NCBI GenBank assembly: GCA_963668675.2
Contig: CAXXMB010000002.1
Coordinates: 928,001 to 992,000, forward strand
DNA from: an uncultured Desulfatitalea sp.
GTDB taxonomy: Bacteria; Desulfobacterota; Desulfobacteria; Desulfobacterales; Desulfosarcinaceae
Direction: 5' to 3'
DNA: 64,000 nucleotides
The translations under genes were made by a program, and so were the position numbers. The first letter of the stretch is position 1; every line of letters starts with the position of its first letter. This document shows positions 47,208-56,970 of this stretch, one piece after another. The notes under the pieces were generated by a model, which had not been told where the DNA came from, did no database searches, and saw only the letters and a program-made list of their open reading frames with translations.

Positions 47208-49025
47208 TTACAATGCGCCAAATCCATCCTCCTCGATATCTATAGCAGCCTGGCAACCGCTCTGGATGGCATTGAATTTTCCCATGGTGATTTCGAGCTC
47301 GGTTTGGATAAAAAAATCCGCGGTGCTGATCTGGCCTCGATAGAAGGCAACGTCTCTCTTCTTGGCCTCTCTCTTTAGCTGTTCGGATGCGGTGACAGCC
47401 CGCCACAGAAGCATCCAGGCCATGATCACATCACCGGTGGCATGCAAAAAGGGAAGTGAGTGGGCAAAAGCCACCTTGAAATCGGCAGAAGTGGCCAACT
47501 TGCCCATGTGCGCGAAGATTTCGACCAAGCGGTTGGCCGCCGACTCGACCTTGTCGGCCAGCGCCGCCAGTTGGCTTTCGGCCTTGGCCTGGGCCACGGT
47601 CTTTTGGATTTCACCAATGAAGGCCATGAAGACGGCGCCCCCTTTGGCCCCGATCTTGCGGGCCAGAAAATCCATGGCCTGTATGCCGCTGGTGCCCTCG
47701 TAGATCGTCGCGATTTTGCAGTCCCTGGCATACTGCTCCACCGGATAGTCGCGGGTGTAGCCGGCCCCTCCGTAGACCTGGATGGCCTGGACGCATACCT
47801 CGTAGCCTTTGGAGGCCAGGTACTCCTTTATGATAGGGGTGAGCAGATTGAACAGATCACCGCCAGTCTCCCGCTCCGTTTCGCTGTCGGCCAATTCGGC
47901 CTTGGTCGCACATAAAACCATATATTGAAAAAAGCTTCGCATGCCGCTTACGTATGATTTCATCCAGAGCAGGTTGCGACGCACATCCGGATGCCGGATG
48001 ATTGGAACCGAGGAGGCAGCCGGGTCTCCAAAATTCTCAAGATCACGTCCCTGCAAACGCTCCCGTGCGTAGTTGACGGCCAACATATAGCTGGCCGAAG
48101 CGTAGGCCAACCCCTGCAACCCTGTTCCCATGCGGGCATGGTTGATCATGTTGAACATGATCTTCATACCTTCGCACGGCCTACCCAACAGATAACCGAT
48201 GCATTGCCCCTTTGCGCCCAGAGCCATGCTGGCAGTGGCACTGCCGTGAATGCCATGCTTCTCTTCCACTCCCGAGCAGACAATATCGTTGCGCTCGCCC
48301 AGCGTACCGTCGTCGTTAACGAAGTATTTGGGTACGATAAAAAGAGAGATCCCCTTTGTGCCGGGGGGATCGCCTTCGATACGAGCCAGCACCGGATGGA
48401 TGATATTCTCTACCAGATCGTGTTCGCCGTTGGTGATAAAAATCTTGTTGCCGGTCAGCGAGTAAGTGCCATCCGGATTTTTAACGGCCGTCGTGGTCAA
48501 AGCCCCCACATCGGAACCCGCTTCCGATTCGGTCAACAGCATGGTGCCGCCATATTGGGCCGAGGTCAATTTTTCCACGTATTTGGCCTTGTCCGCTTCG
48601 GAACCATATTTATGGATCAGCAGAGCGGTGCCGTTGCCCATTGAGGCATAACAGGACAGCGACCAGTTGGCCGCCATGAAGTATTCGGCCACGCTCATGC
48701 CCAAGAAACCGGGAGCGCCCTGGCCGCCCATATCCGGATCGACCGACAGGTTGCCCCAGTCGCCTTCACGCATCAACTCAAAAGGCCGATGGTAGCTCTC
48801 CGGCACTTTTACGGTGCCGCTTTCAAAGCGCACGCCAAGCTCATCACCATCTTTCATGGTGGGCAGCAGCTCTTTGAGGGCCAGTGTGCGCGCCTCTGTC
48901 AGAATCAGGTCACACGTTTTCCTGTTGAACCCCTTGTAGTATGGGTGGTTGATAACCTCTTCACACTTCATCTGTTCCCAGATGACAAAATCCTGATCTC
49001 TGCGGTCGGCCAGTTGCTGTCCCAT
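47208..49025 (-). CDS. Acyl-CoA dehydrogenase (about 600-aa type)
   Basis: GTMLLTESEAGSD, GNKIFIT, QVYGGAGY, IYEGTSGIQAMD. Confidence 0.94.
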   Translation of the reverse strand: MGQQLADRRDQDFVIWEQMKCEEVINHPYYKGFNRKTCDLILTEARTLALKELLPTMKDGDELGVRFESGTVKVPESYHRPFELMREGDWGNLSVDPDMGGQGAPGFLGMSVAEYFMAANWSLSCYASMGNGTALLIHKYGSEADKAKYVEKLTSAQYGGTMLLTESEAGSDVGALTTTAVKNPDGTYSLTGNKIFITNGEHDLVENIIHPVLARIEGDPPGTKGISLFIVPKYFVNDDGTLGERNDIVCSGVEEKHGIHGSATASMALGAKGQCIGYLLGRPCEGMKIMFNMINHARMGTGLQGLAYASASYMLAVNYARERLQGRDLENFGDPAASSVPIIRHPDVRRNLLWMKSYVSGMRSFFQYMVLCATKAELADSETERETGGDLFNLLTPIIKEYLASKGYEVCVQAIQVYGGAGYTRDYPVEQYARDCKIATIYEGTSGIQAMDFLARKIGAKGGAVFMAFIGEIQKTVAQAKAESQLAALADKVESAANRLVEIFAHMGKLATSADFKVAFAHSLPFLHATGDVIMAWMLLWRAVTASEQLKREAKKRDVAFYRGQISTADFFIQTELEITMGKFNAIQSGCQAAIDIEEDGFGAL

Positions 49026-49178
49026 CTTGTTCCTCTTCTCCTTTCAAAATGCTTAGAATCGCAAATATATCTCAAACCTTCTAATACCTTTTTTGCTTTC
49101 AGAGTTGGCCTCAAACCAGAACGGCAAAGGGAAGATAGCGCCGGACGAAATGGTGCCTCGACAGGAACCACGAATCCA

Positions 49179-49811
49179 TCACTGCTGCGCGTCGACATCC
49201 ACCGTTCGCGACAACTCATTGAGTTTTGTCATCAACAAATTGACACAAAAGTCGATGATCTCTTCCTGGTTCATGTGATTCAGATTCCATCCACGCAATG
49301 GTACAAATGCGTTGATGTAGACAATCAAATTGGCCATCATCTCCAACTCCATGGTTACGGAAGGAAGCGACAACCCCTCGCGAAGCTTTTCAGCCACCCA
49401 CTTGACAAATTCCGATTCAATTCGGAAAACCTCTTTCTGGGTCTTTTTATCAAGGCTTGTCGTCTCCTGGTACAGGAGTTGGATCGCGTTGTTGTCCCTG
49501 CCCCATGCATTGGACATCGAGAGGCGCAGCAGGCTCTCAATGTCTTTCATATCAATGGGTTGAGTGTCCGATGAGCCCCAGTCGAGTTTACGGCTCAATA
49601 TCTGCTTGTAGAGATAGACCAGGATATCCTCTTTACCGCCAAAGTAGTCGTAGAAGCTGCCCTGGTTTACCTTTGCTTTTTGGCATATCGTCCTCATGCT
49701 CGTGGCATGGTAACCCTTGGTTCGGAAAAGGTTCGCCGCAGCTTGTGAAATTTGATTACGCCGCTTTTCAACCAAATCGGGGTTTTTGATATTCGTCTTT
49801 ATCTTGCGCAC
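49179..49811 (-). CDS. TetR family regulator of the beta-oxidation cluster
   Basis: LFRTKGYHATSMRTIC...GSFYDYFGGKEDIL. Confidence 0.9.
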   Translation of the reverse strand: MRKIKTNIKNPDLVEKRRNQISQAAANLFRTKGYHATSMRTICQKAKVNQGSFYDYFGGKEDILVYLYKQILSRKLDWGSSDTQPIDMKDIESLLRLSMSNAWGRDNNAIQLLYQETTSLDKKTQKEVFRIESEFVKWVAEKLREGLSLPSVTMELEMMANLIVYINAFVPLRGWNLNHMNQEEIIDFCVNLLMTKLNELSRTVDVDAQQ

Positions 49812-50279
49812 TCTCTTTCCTTCCGGGGCAGGAAATAATTCTGCATATCCTCAAAAAAGACATACCAAATTCGAAATGAACAAAAATAGTAAATGTTCAA
49901 AAATAAATAATATTACAAATCGTTAGATATAAATTCCTGGCAGACGATTGTCAGGATTCGAAATTCATAAAATGCATCGCCTTATCCTGTCAACAAGATA
50001 TATTTAGCCAGAAGCCCCGTTCGCACCCGAAATACAATTGCCGATCGTTGTAATCGGCTATTTACCCGGCAAGTTATCGAAAACCATCTCGACGACTCAA
50101 TTTTTTGGCAAGCTTTGCGTCTTTATGAAAGCACCAGCCGAGGTGCGGATAGCCTACATCCTGATCACACCGGATAACCGCTATTCTTTTTGTGAGATGC
50201 CTTGCAGAATCACATATTGAAAATTATGGTGGGACCCGGCTTCGAAAATTTGCCGAAGAGCCCCTCAAAACCTTGGGGC

Positions 50280-51164
50280 CTATTCTGGAATGGCCACAAA
50301 TAACTTAGGGGGTATCAATCCGCGCATTCCCAGGCTCTGAAGGGTCTGAATCGATGCATCCAACAATTTTTTGCCTTTGGTGACCAGCAAACGCCCCCCA
50401 TCAAGGTGAACGTCGGCCATCAGGACCATTCCGACCTTAAGATCATCCAAGGCGACCATGTCGGAGGGATCGATGTTCTTCTGGTGATGAACAATGCGAA
50501 TCAGAGCCCGCACAACTTCGGCGTCGTACCTGCCCTCATCATCTCTGATCAGAAGTCTTTCCGCTGATGCATCGATGATGCTTTCCGGGTCGTCGGAGTA
50601 AGAGAGGCGTTTAAAGTCTTCAGTGCCCAAGCGCCTGCGGGCGTGGCTGATGAGCCGTTGCATCTTCCTGGGCCAGGTTGAAATAATGCGGCAGTAATCC
50701 GAAGCGGCCAACAATATTCGAGATCCCAATGGAATTTGATCCCCGCTGAGGCCATTGGGGAATCCCTTGCCGCTCATGTATTCATGGTGAAAGAGGACGA
50801 TTTCACCCGCCTCTGCCAACGACGAAACCCCCTCCAAGGTGATCGAGGCCGTGACGGGATGTTCGCTGTAGAGCCGACACTGCTCCTCGGTCATCAGGCT
50901 CAAGTCCTTATTCTGCAACTCTTTCGGCAATCCAAGCAGGCCGATGTCATGGACCATGGCAGCTATCTCGATTTGATCAAGTTGTGACACGTCGAGATTG
51001 AAGCTCTTGCCTACCTGACGACTCAATTTAGCCACCTGCATCATGAATCGGCCAAGTTCCGGGTTGGCCGCGCCGGCAAATGAAATCAGGAGCTGGGCTG
51101 CGTCCTTGGCGCCCAACGAATTTTCCTGTAGGATTTCAGATGAAATCTTATTGTCTTCGTGCAT
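50280..51164 (-). CDS. HD-GYP-like domain protein
   Basis: HDIG, YSEHP, HHEYMSGKGFPNGLSGDQIPLGSRI. Confidence 0.85.
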   Translation of the reverse strand: MHEDNKISSEILQENSLGAKDAAQLLISFAGAANPELGRFMMQVAKLSRQVGKSFNLDVSQLDQIEIAAMVHDIGLLGLPKELQNKDLSLMTEEQCRLYSEHPVTASITLEGVSSLAEAGEIVLFHHEYMSGKGFPNGLSGDQIPLGSRILLAASDYCRIISTWPRKMQRLISHARRRLGTEDFKRLSYSDDPESIIDASAERLLIRDDEGRYDAEVVRALIRIVHHQKNIDPSDMVALDDLKVGMVLMADVHLDGGRLLVTKGKKLLDASIQTLQSLGMRGLIPPKLFVAIPE

Positions 51165-51237
51165 CTATCGTCTATCCTTTTGAACGACGCTTCTGAATAA
51201 AAATGATGAGTGCCTTTCGAGAGTACCCAATCGCGAC

Positions 51238-51591
51238 CTAACTTGATTCATATAAGCGCTGAGCGCCGAGAAGAAATCCATCGTATGTCAGCATTAGCGC
51301 TTTGAGTTCATCCCTGGTGAGAAAATAGTCATCAAAGATATCCTCATAGACATGGTAAGCCAAACGATCCACACCTGTGGAAGTCCCTACCAGCATCGCC
51401 ACCATATCCGCCAGATAGAGGGTTGCTGTTGCAGGATCATTGTGGGCTTCCAGATTGGTCAAATGGTGATTTTCAATCATGTAAGCCATGTGAGAACTAA
51501 AATTCCACTCCTTGGCAATGATTCGCACTCTCTTTGTTTCCGATTCCAAATCGGTGTGTGTAAAACTCCATACGGGATCCATTTCGCCCAT
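51238..51591 (-). CDS. Small protein resembling the C-terminal half of an HDOD domain (possible fragment)
   Basis: IAKEWNFS...IENHH...LYLAD...GVD pattern, with no N-terminal HDOD helices. Confidence 0.5.
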   Translation of the reverse strand: MGEMDPVWSFTHTDLESETKRVRIIAKEWNFSSHMAYMIENHHLTNLEAHNDPATATLYLADMVAMLVGTSTGVDRLAYHVYEDIFDDYFLTRDELKALMLTYDGFLLGAQRLYESS

Positions 51592-52152
51592 AATTCAGAA
51601 AAAATGATGCTTGCCACCTTGGCATGCCTTGATTCCCCTGGAAACGTCTATTGTCGAATGCCTCCGAACGAGGCCTTCTACTGTGCTCTGTGTAGATATA
51701 CAATCATTGTGCCAAAGAGAATACCCTTGATAACGCATCGAATATCTGTTTTTTTATTTGTTTTACCCCTCTGATTTGCGATCATTCTGAAATGCTCCCT
51801 GTGGGCACTACATCAATTTGAGAGAACAATTATATTCCACCCAACGCCTTTTCAGCTTGATCCAGTTCAATGCTCAAAGTGCCGAAACAGAACTTTTAGA
51901 AAAATTCACCAATATATTGAATGGTTATAAAGAAAGGAGCGGGTCTGTACTTGCCCCTTTCAAATTACCAACGAAATAGGAACTTCAGTATCAAAGACAA
52001 CGACCGATAAAAAACAAAGCCAAATTGGTGCCTGACGACGGGCCATAATGCCGTTTGAATGGTTACGGCAATTTGCGGGTTCAGAATTAAGGATTATAAT
52101 AGGTTTTATAGTTTACGGACCTCAATAGATGACATAGTTCAGGAGGAGATTC

Positions 52153-52308
52153 ATGGAATTGAAATATGAGTGCACCAACGATTGGTGCCGCCGGAAAAAC
52201 GAACACCAGCAGAAGGTCGATTTGCCTGCCGAATTGGTGATGGATGAGCAGAATGTTGCCGACATGTATTGCCCCAAGTGCAAACGCAAATTGAAAGAAG
52301 TCAAATAA
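52153..52308 (+). CDS. Small zinc-ribbon-like protein, 51 aa (not in ORF track)
   Basis: AGGAGG RBS; MELKYECTNDWCRRKNEHQQKVDLPAELVMDEQNVADMYCPKCKRKLKEVK*; terminator directly after. Confidence 0.8.
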   Translation: MELKYECTNDWCRRKNEHQQKVDLPAELVMDEQNVADMYCPKCKRKLKEVK

Positions 52309-52310
52309 GG

Positions 52311-52352
52311 ACAAAAAAAGGGGGGGCAAGCCTTGGTTTGCCCCCCTTTTTG
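52311..52352. terminator. Bidirectional terminator
   Basis: ACAAAAAAAGGGGGGGCAAG-CCTTGG-TTTGCCCCCCTTTTTGT. Confidence 0.85.
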
Positions 52353-52355
52353 TCA

Positions 52356-53153
52356 CTATTGCAGAACGAATAGCAGCAGAAACAGGATGGCTGACAGGAC
52401 GATGCGATACCATCCGAAAATCGAGAAGGTGTGGGAACGCACATAGTTCAGTAACCATTTCACGACTAAAAACGAAACCACCGCGGAAACGATAAACCCC
52501 AACAGCACCATTCCCCAATTCTCCGGTGTGGCCTCGACGGAGGTGTCGCTCAGGGCGCGGAAAATTTTCAGCCCACCGGCAGCGAGCATGGTGGGAATTC
52601 CCACAAGGAAAGAGAACTCGGTGGCGGCCGGCCGGCTCAGACCGCACAGGAGCATCATCAAGATGGTAGTGCCCGATCGCGAGGTCCCCGGGAATATGGC
52701 GGCGATCAATTGCCCGATACCGACCAGAACGACGATATTCCAAGTAATCGAATCGGAAAAGGTTCGGTCGCGCAACCACCATTCGACCAGAAGAAATGCA
52801 ATACCGCCAAGCAGTAAGGCCCAGGCCACCGGCCCCAATGCTTCCGGCAGCTCGAAGCCGAACTTGTCCAGAAGCAATCCACCAGCTCCGGTAATGCCGA
52901 AAGCGACAGCAATTTTTAACGCATAGAGCTGAGTTTCGCGTTTGCGCCACTCAAAAGCAAACTGGTGCAGCCGCTGGGGAAATAGCGGCAGAACGGCAAT
53001 AACCGCCCCGCTCTGGATTACGATATTGAACAGATCGCTCTGCCGCGGCAGCCACTGCTCGGCGATCAGCAGGTGGGCGGTCGAAGAGATGGGCAGAAAC
53101 TCGGTGATCCCTTCGATGATTCCAAGGATGACAACGGCAATCCAGATCGGCAT
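52356..53153 (-). CDS. uppP: Undecaprenyl-diphosphate phosphatase
   Basis: LGIIEGITEFLPISSTAH, PGTSRSG, EFSF. Confidence 0.95.
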   Translation of the reverse strand: MPIWIAVVILGIIEGITEFLPISSTAHLLIAEQWLPRQSDLFNIVIQSGAVIAVLPLFPQRLHQFAFEWRKRETQLYALKIAVAFGITGAGGLLLDKFGFELPEALGPVAWALLLGGIAFLLVEWWLRDRTFSDSITWNIVVLVGIGQLIAAIFPGTSRSGTTILMMLLCGLSRPAATEFSFLVGIPTMLAAGGLKIFRALSDTSVEATPENWGMVLLGFIVSAVVSFLVVKWLLNYVRSHTFSIFGWYRIVLSAILFLLLFVLQ

Positions 53154-53183
53154 TCAACCTCCAAAACTGCTATAAGTCGGACG

Positions 53184-53966
53184 TCACAGCTCAGATCGTA
53201 TCTGACGATAGAAGCGGTGAAAGGCGTCGCTCTCTTTTCTGCGCGGGCGCGGCAGTGAAACCTTCATTTCCCGGCGTATGCGCCCCGGATTCTTGTCCAT
53301 GATCAAAATGCGATCGGCCAGAAAGATCGCCTCGTTGATGTCGTGGGTGACAAAGAGTATTGTATGCCCCAACTCGTCCCACAGGGCAAGGAGCAGTGTC
53401 TGCATCTCTTCGCGCGTCTGGGCGTCCAAGGCACCGAATGGCTCGTCCATGAGCAGCAATTGGGGTTTCAGGATCAACACCCTTGCCAGCGCTACGCGCT
53501 GTTTCATGCCACCGGAAAGTTGCTTTGGCAAGTAGTTGCGAAAAGGGCCCAACCCCACCATCTCCAGGTAGCGGTCCACTTCCGCCGCCAACGCCTTTCC
53601 TGGCATGCGGCCTTTGCGACCGAAGGCGATGTTTTCAGCCACGGTGAGCCAGGGGAAAAGCGCATCCTCCTGAAAAACCACGCAGCGATCGGCACCGGGT
53701 TTGACCACCGGCCGCCCCTTGACCAGCACTTTGCCGCTGCTCGGGGCGATGAATCCGGCGATGATTTTGAGCAGGGTGGTCTTGCCGCATCCACTGGGCC
53801 CCAGCAGGCAAACCAACTCGCCAGGCAGGACATCGAAATTGAGCCCGCTGAGCACCTCGCAAGCAGCGCCATCCATGGTGAAAAAACGGCCCAGGCTGAT
53901 GGCCTGCAGCGCAGCCCTTGCCCGTTTGGCGTATGGTTGCGTAACAAGTTTCAATCGCCGGCTCAT
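53184..53966 (-). CDS. ABC transporter ATPase (NitT/TauT family)
   Basis: GPSGCGKT, LSGGMKQR, MDEPFGALD. Confidence 0.93.
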   Translation of the reverse strand: MSRRLKLVTQPYAKRARAALQAISLGRFFTMDGAACEVLSGLNFDVLPGELVCLLGPSGCGKTTLLKIIAGFIAPSSGKVLVKGRPVVKPGADRCVVFQEDALFPWLTVAENIAFGRKGRMPGKALAAEVDRYLEMVGLGPFRNYLPKQLSGGMKQRVALARVLILKPQLLLMDEPFGALDAQTREEMQTLLLALWDELGHTILFVTHDINEAIFLADRILIMDKNPGRIRREMKVSLPRPRRKESDAFHRFYRQIRSEL

Positions 53967-54745
53967 GGTACTCTCCGTGCGCTTTTGAAGCAGAGTTTCA
54001 TGCCGGTTTTGAGTGCATCGTCACTCAAACGCCCCATCACCGCAATCGTCACAATGCCCACGATGATCATATCGATGCGCCCCAGCATGCGGGCGTCCAT
54101 GATGATGGCCCCCAGTCCATCGGGCACACCGGTCAATTCCCCCAGCACCAGATAGGCCCAGGCGATTCCCAGGCCAAGCCTAAGTCCGGTTACGATACTC
54201 GGCATGGCCGCCGGCAGCAGGATAGCAAAAATTCCTCGAAAGCGTCCGACGCCCATCATGGCACCGGATTGATAGAGGATCGGATCGATCTGCCTGGCAC
54301 CGCTGGCGGCATTCAGATAGATGGGGAAAAAAGCCGCCAAGGCGACCAGGAACACCGTGGTGCGCAATCCGATGCCGAACCAGACCAGGCCGAGGGGCAG
54401 CCAGCAGATGCCCGGCACGGCACGCACCGAATTGATGGTGGCGCTCATCAGCTTCTGAAACAGGGCGAGACGACCGGACAGTACGCCCATGGGCAGCCCC
54501 AACAGCACCGCCAGGCCGAATCCCAAAACGACCCGCAGCAGGCTGGCCTGCAGGTCGTTGAAAAAACGGCCCGCGTAAGGGACGCTGCCAGCCTCGCCCA
54601 AGACATAGTGATAGGCCGCATGCAGTACTTTGCCCGGACCGGGCAACAGGTAGGCCGGCACTATCTTCGTGGCGCTGACCAGGATCCAGGTCAGCAGCAA
54701 AAGGAGCGGGAAGATCCAGGGCAGCAGGCGATCGAGTCGCGGCAT
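53963..54745 (-). CDS. ABC transporter permease (NitT/TauT family)
   Basis: ASLLRVVLGF, FFPIYLN, LPAAMPSIVTGLRLG. Confidence 0.93.
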   Translation of the reverse strand: MPRLDRLLPWIFPLLLLLTWILVSATKIVPAYLLPGPGKVLHAAYHYVLGEAGSVPYAGRFFNDLQASLLRVVLGFGLAVLLGLPMGVLSGRLALFQKLMSATINSVRAVPGICWLPLGLVWFGIGLRTTVFLVALAAFFPIYLNAASGARQIDPILYQSGAMMGVGRFRGIFAILLPAAMPSIVTGLRLGLGIAWAYLVLGELTGVPDGLGAIIMDARMLGRIDMIIVGIVTIAVMGRLSDDALKTGMKLCFKSARRVP

Positions 54746-54754
54746 GGATTGGTC

Positions 54755-55696
54755 CTATCTCTTTTCGGCTTTTACTTTGTTCGTAAACTGCAGATCGAAA
54801 AGCTGGCCGTAATCGGGCTGCCGGTCGATCACCTTGAGCGCCTGCATACGCGCCCCCAGAGCCTTGGCTTTGGCGATAAAGGCGTCATCCATCTCCCAGG
54901 CCAACTCCATGTTGGGGGCCGCCGCCTTCAGGATGGTTTTACTGGTTCCGAAAGTGGCTGCTTTGTCTATCCACTCGTCCGGATGGCCGTTCAAATAGTC
55001 GGTCGCCTCGGCATGGATCTTGACCAGTTGCAGCACCAACTCGGGATTTTTTTCGATGGCTTGGCGAGTGACGAGCATCCCAGCATTGATGGTGCCTATG
55101 GTGTCATCATAATAAGGATAGTCGAGGATGCGCCCATATCCTTCATGAACCGCAAGGGTAGGGAAAGGCTCTCCCGATAGAAACGCATCTATGCTGCGCC
55201 GGGCCAGTGCCAATCCCATATCGAAAAAATCCACTCGGATCAGATGTGCCTCCTTTTCAGGGTTGATCTGGTTACGCGTTAACGCCTCGCGCAGCAGGAT
55301 CTCGTGCATGGTGCCAGGGACATAGCCGATCTTTTTTCCTTTCAAGTCGGCGATGGCATGGATGGTGCCGTCTTTTCGGACCACCAGGGCCGAACATTTG
55401 TTGCACAGAGCAGCCACGACCACCACAGGTTGACCCTGGACCGCCGAATGGATGGCATGGGCCAGGGTCGTGCCGCACATGTCCAGGCTGCCGGCCAGAA
55501 GGGCGGTCTTTTGATCGGCGGGATTGGTGAAGGCAAAGGTTTTCATCTCCATCCGGTCACCGGCAAACTGCTGGTAGAAAAAAGGCTGGATGGTCTGGGC
55601 CGTTTTCCAGGTGCCCACCTTAACCTCGGCATCGCCCGAAGCCAGACCAGCCGCCGCCAACCATCCGATCAGCACGCACAGGAGATATCGTTTCAT
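54755..55696 (-). CDS. ABC substrate-binding protein (NrtA/SsuA-like)
   Basis: Signal peptide; ADLKGKKIGY, IDAF..EPF. Confidence 0.88.
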   Translation of the reverse strand: MKRYLLCVLIGWLAAAGLASGDAEVKVGTWKTAQTIQPFFYQQFAGDRMEMKTFAFTNPADQKTALLAGSLDMCGTTLAHAIHSAVQGQPVVVVAALCNKCSALVVRKDGTIHAIADLKGKKIGYVPGTMHEILLREALTRNQINPEKEAHLIRVDFFDMGLALARRSIDAFLSGEPFPTLAVHEGYGRILDYPYYDDTIGTINAGMLVTRQAIEKNPELVLQLVKIHAEATDYLNGHPDEWIDKAATFGTSKTILKAAAPNMELAWEMDDAFIAKAKALGARMQALKVIDRQPDYGQLFDLQFTNKVKAEKR

Positions 55697-56718
55697 TGTA
55701 TGGCACTCTCTTTTGCGAAGTTAAAACAGTTGGAGGGCAGCATAGGGTCCAGGCCCATCTCGCGCTGCAGTTCATGACAGCGGGCAAAATTCTGCCCGCG
55801 TCCTTTACCCGTATCCGCGTGTCCATCCCGGGGGCTGGATCCCACCTCGGGGAAAAAGAGATTTGCGCCGGCCATCAGGGAGGCGCTGTGGGGTTCGTGG
55901 GTGCAGTGGGCCTGTGGGACATCACCCATCACCAGCCTCGATACGGCCACCATCCGGGCCATCTCCAACTCGGTGATCATGCCGTATTCGGACATGGGCG
56001 ACCCCGGAAAATTGATCCGCCGCATGATGCCGCTGTATGTGGCCCCGTAGGTGCGGGCCAGCAACATGAGATCCACAATCTCTTCGTGGCTGTGCTCCGG
56101 TCCCACCGGCTCGACGCAGTTCATCCACTGCAGGCCGACATCCTTAAACACCTGAATGGTTCTGATGCGCTTCTCCGGCTTGAGCGGGGTGTCCCGCCCC
56201 TCCCCTAATCGCACGGAGTGGTAGGCCCCCACAAAACCGGCCTTCAGAAGGGCCTCACCCTCCTTGTGGTTGATATCCCGGATATTGGCCACCAGTCGGG
56301 TAGAGACGTCGCCACCCAACATACGGCCGATCTCCAGAAACCGCTCGAACGAAAAATTACCGGTGGTCATCAGGTTGATAGCGTCAGCCCCATTCTCCTC
56401 GGCCTCTTTCGCCCAGGCCAGGAGCTGCGCGTCATCGAAGGCGATGGACTCCTTGAAGATGCCCGCCTTGATGGTCAACGAACAGAACCGGCAGTTGATC
56501 GGACAGGGTGCAACGTTGACACCGATATGGAAATGGTTCTCACCTTTGTTCCCAAACTGCTCCCGGGACATCTCGTTGGCCGTCTGCATCAGGGCATAGG
56601 TCTCTCTGCTGTGCAGGGGAAGCGCCATCAACGTCAGTGCCTCCTTGCGCATCAGCCCTTCAAAGGCCGCCCCCTTTTTCAATATGTCACCGATCTGTGG
56701 TTGAAGATGCCAGCTCAT
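55693..56718 (-). CDS. Radical SAM protein, BioB-like but divergent
   Basis: PCPINCRFC (CX3CX2C) and C-terminal AGAN. The BioB YNHNLD motif is absent. Confidence 0.85.
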   Translation of the reverse strand: MSWHLQPQIGDILKKGAAFEGLMRKEALTLMALPLHSRETYALMQTANEMSREQFGNKGENHFHIGVNVAPCPINCRFCSLTIKAGIFKESIAFDDAQLLAWAKEAEENGADAINLMTTGNFSFERFLEIGRMLGGDVSTRLVANIRDINHKEGEALLKAGFVGAYHSVRLGEGRDTPLKPEKRIRTIQVFKDVGLQWMNCVEPVGPEHSHEEIVDLMLLARTYGATYSGIMRRINFPGSPMSEYGMITELEMARMVAVSRLVMGDVPQAHCTHEPHSASLMAGANLFFPEVGSSPRDGHADTGKGRGQNFARCHELQREMGLDPMLPSNCFNFAKESAIQ

Positions 56719-56970
56719 TCGCCCCCTCTTCCGTTAGTTGGTTTCAGTCGTTTGTCGTGAAGCCCTCGAAACAATTACAGTGCTGCGATGGGAATCAGAC
56801 AACCAGGAGGTCGGCACCGTCTGTCTGCATGTATGACTGTCTATCAAAATAGCGCCATTTTTTAAACACTATTGAAATTGCCGGTTGCCTTATCGGCTAT
56901 ATCGTCCAATAGTGTTACTGATTCCTGCCCCTTTGCACCATTCACCGGAACAGATCAATCAGGAGGCAAT

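Noticed and set aside
55693..56718. Calling the radical SAM gene bioB
   Set aside because: Signature BioB motifs are absent and there is no bio gene context.
56719..56970. Riboswitch (SAM, cobalamin or TPP) upstream of the radical SAM-ABC operon
   Set aside because: No consensus elements recognisable by eye; an Rfam scan would be needed.
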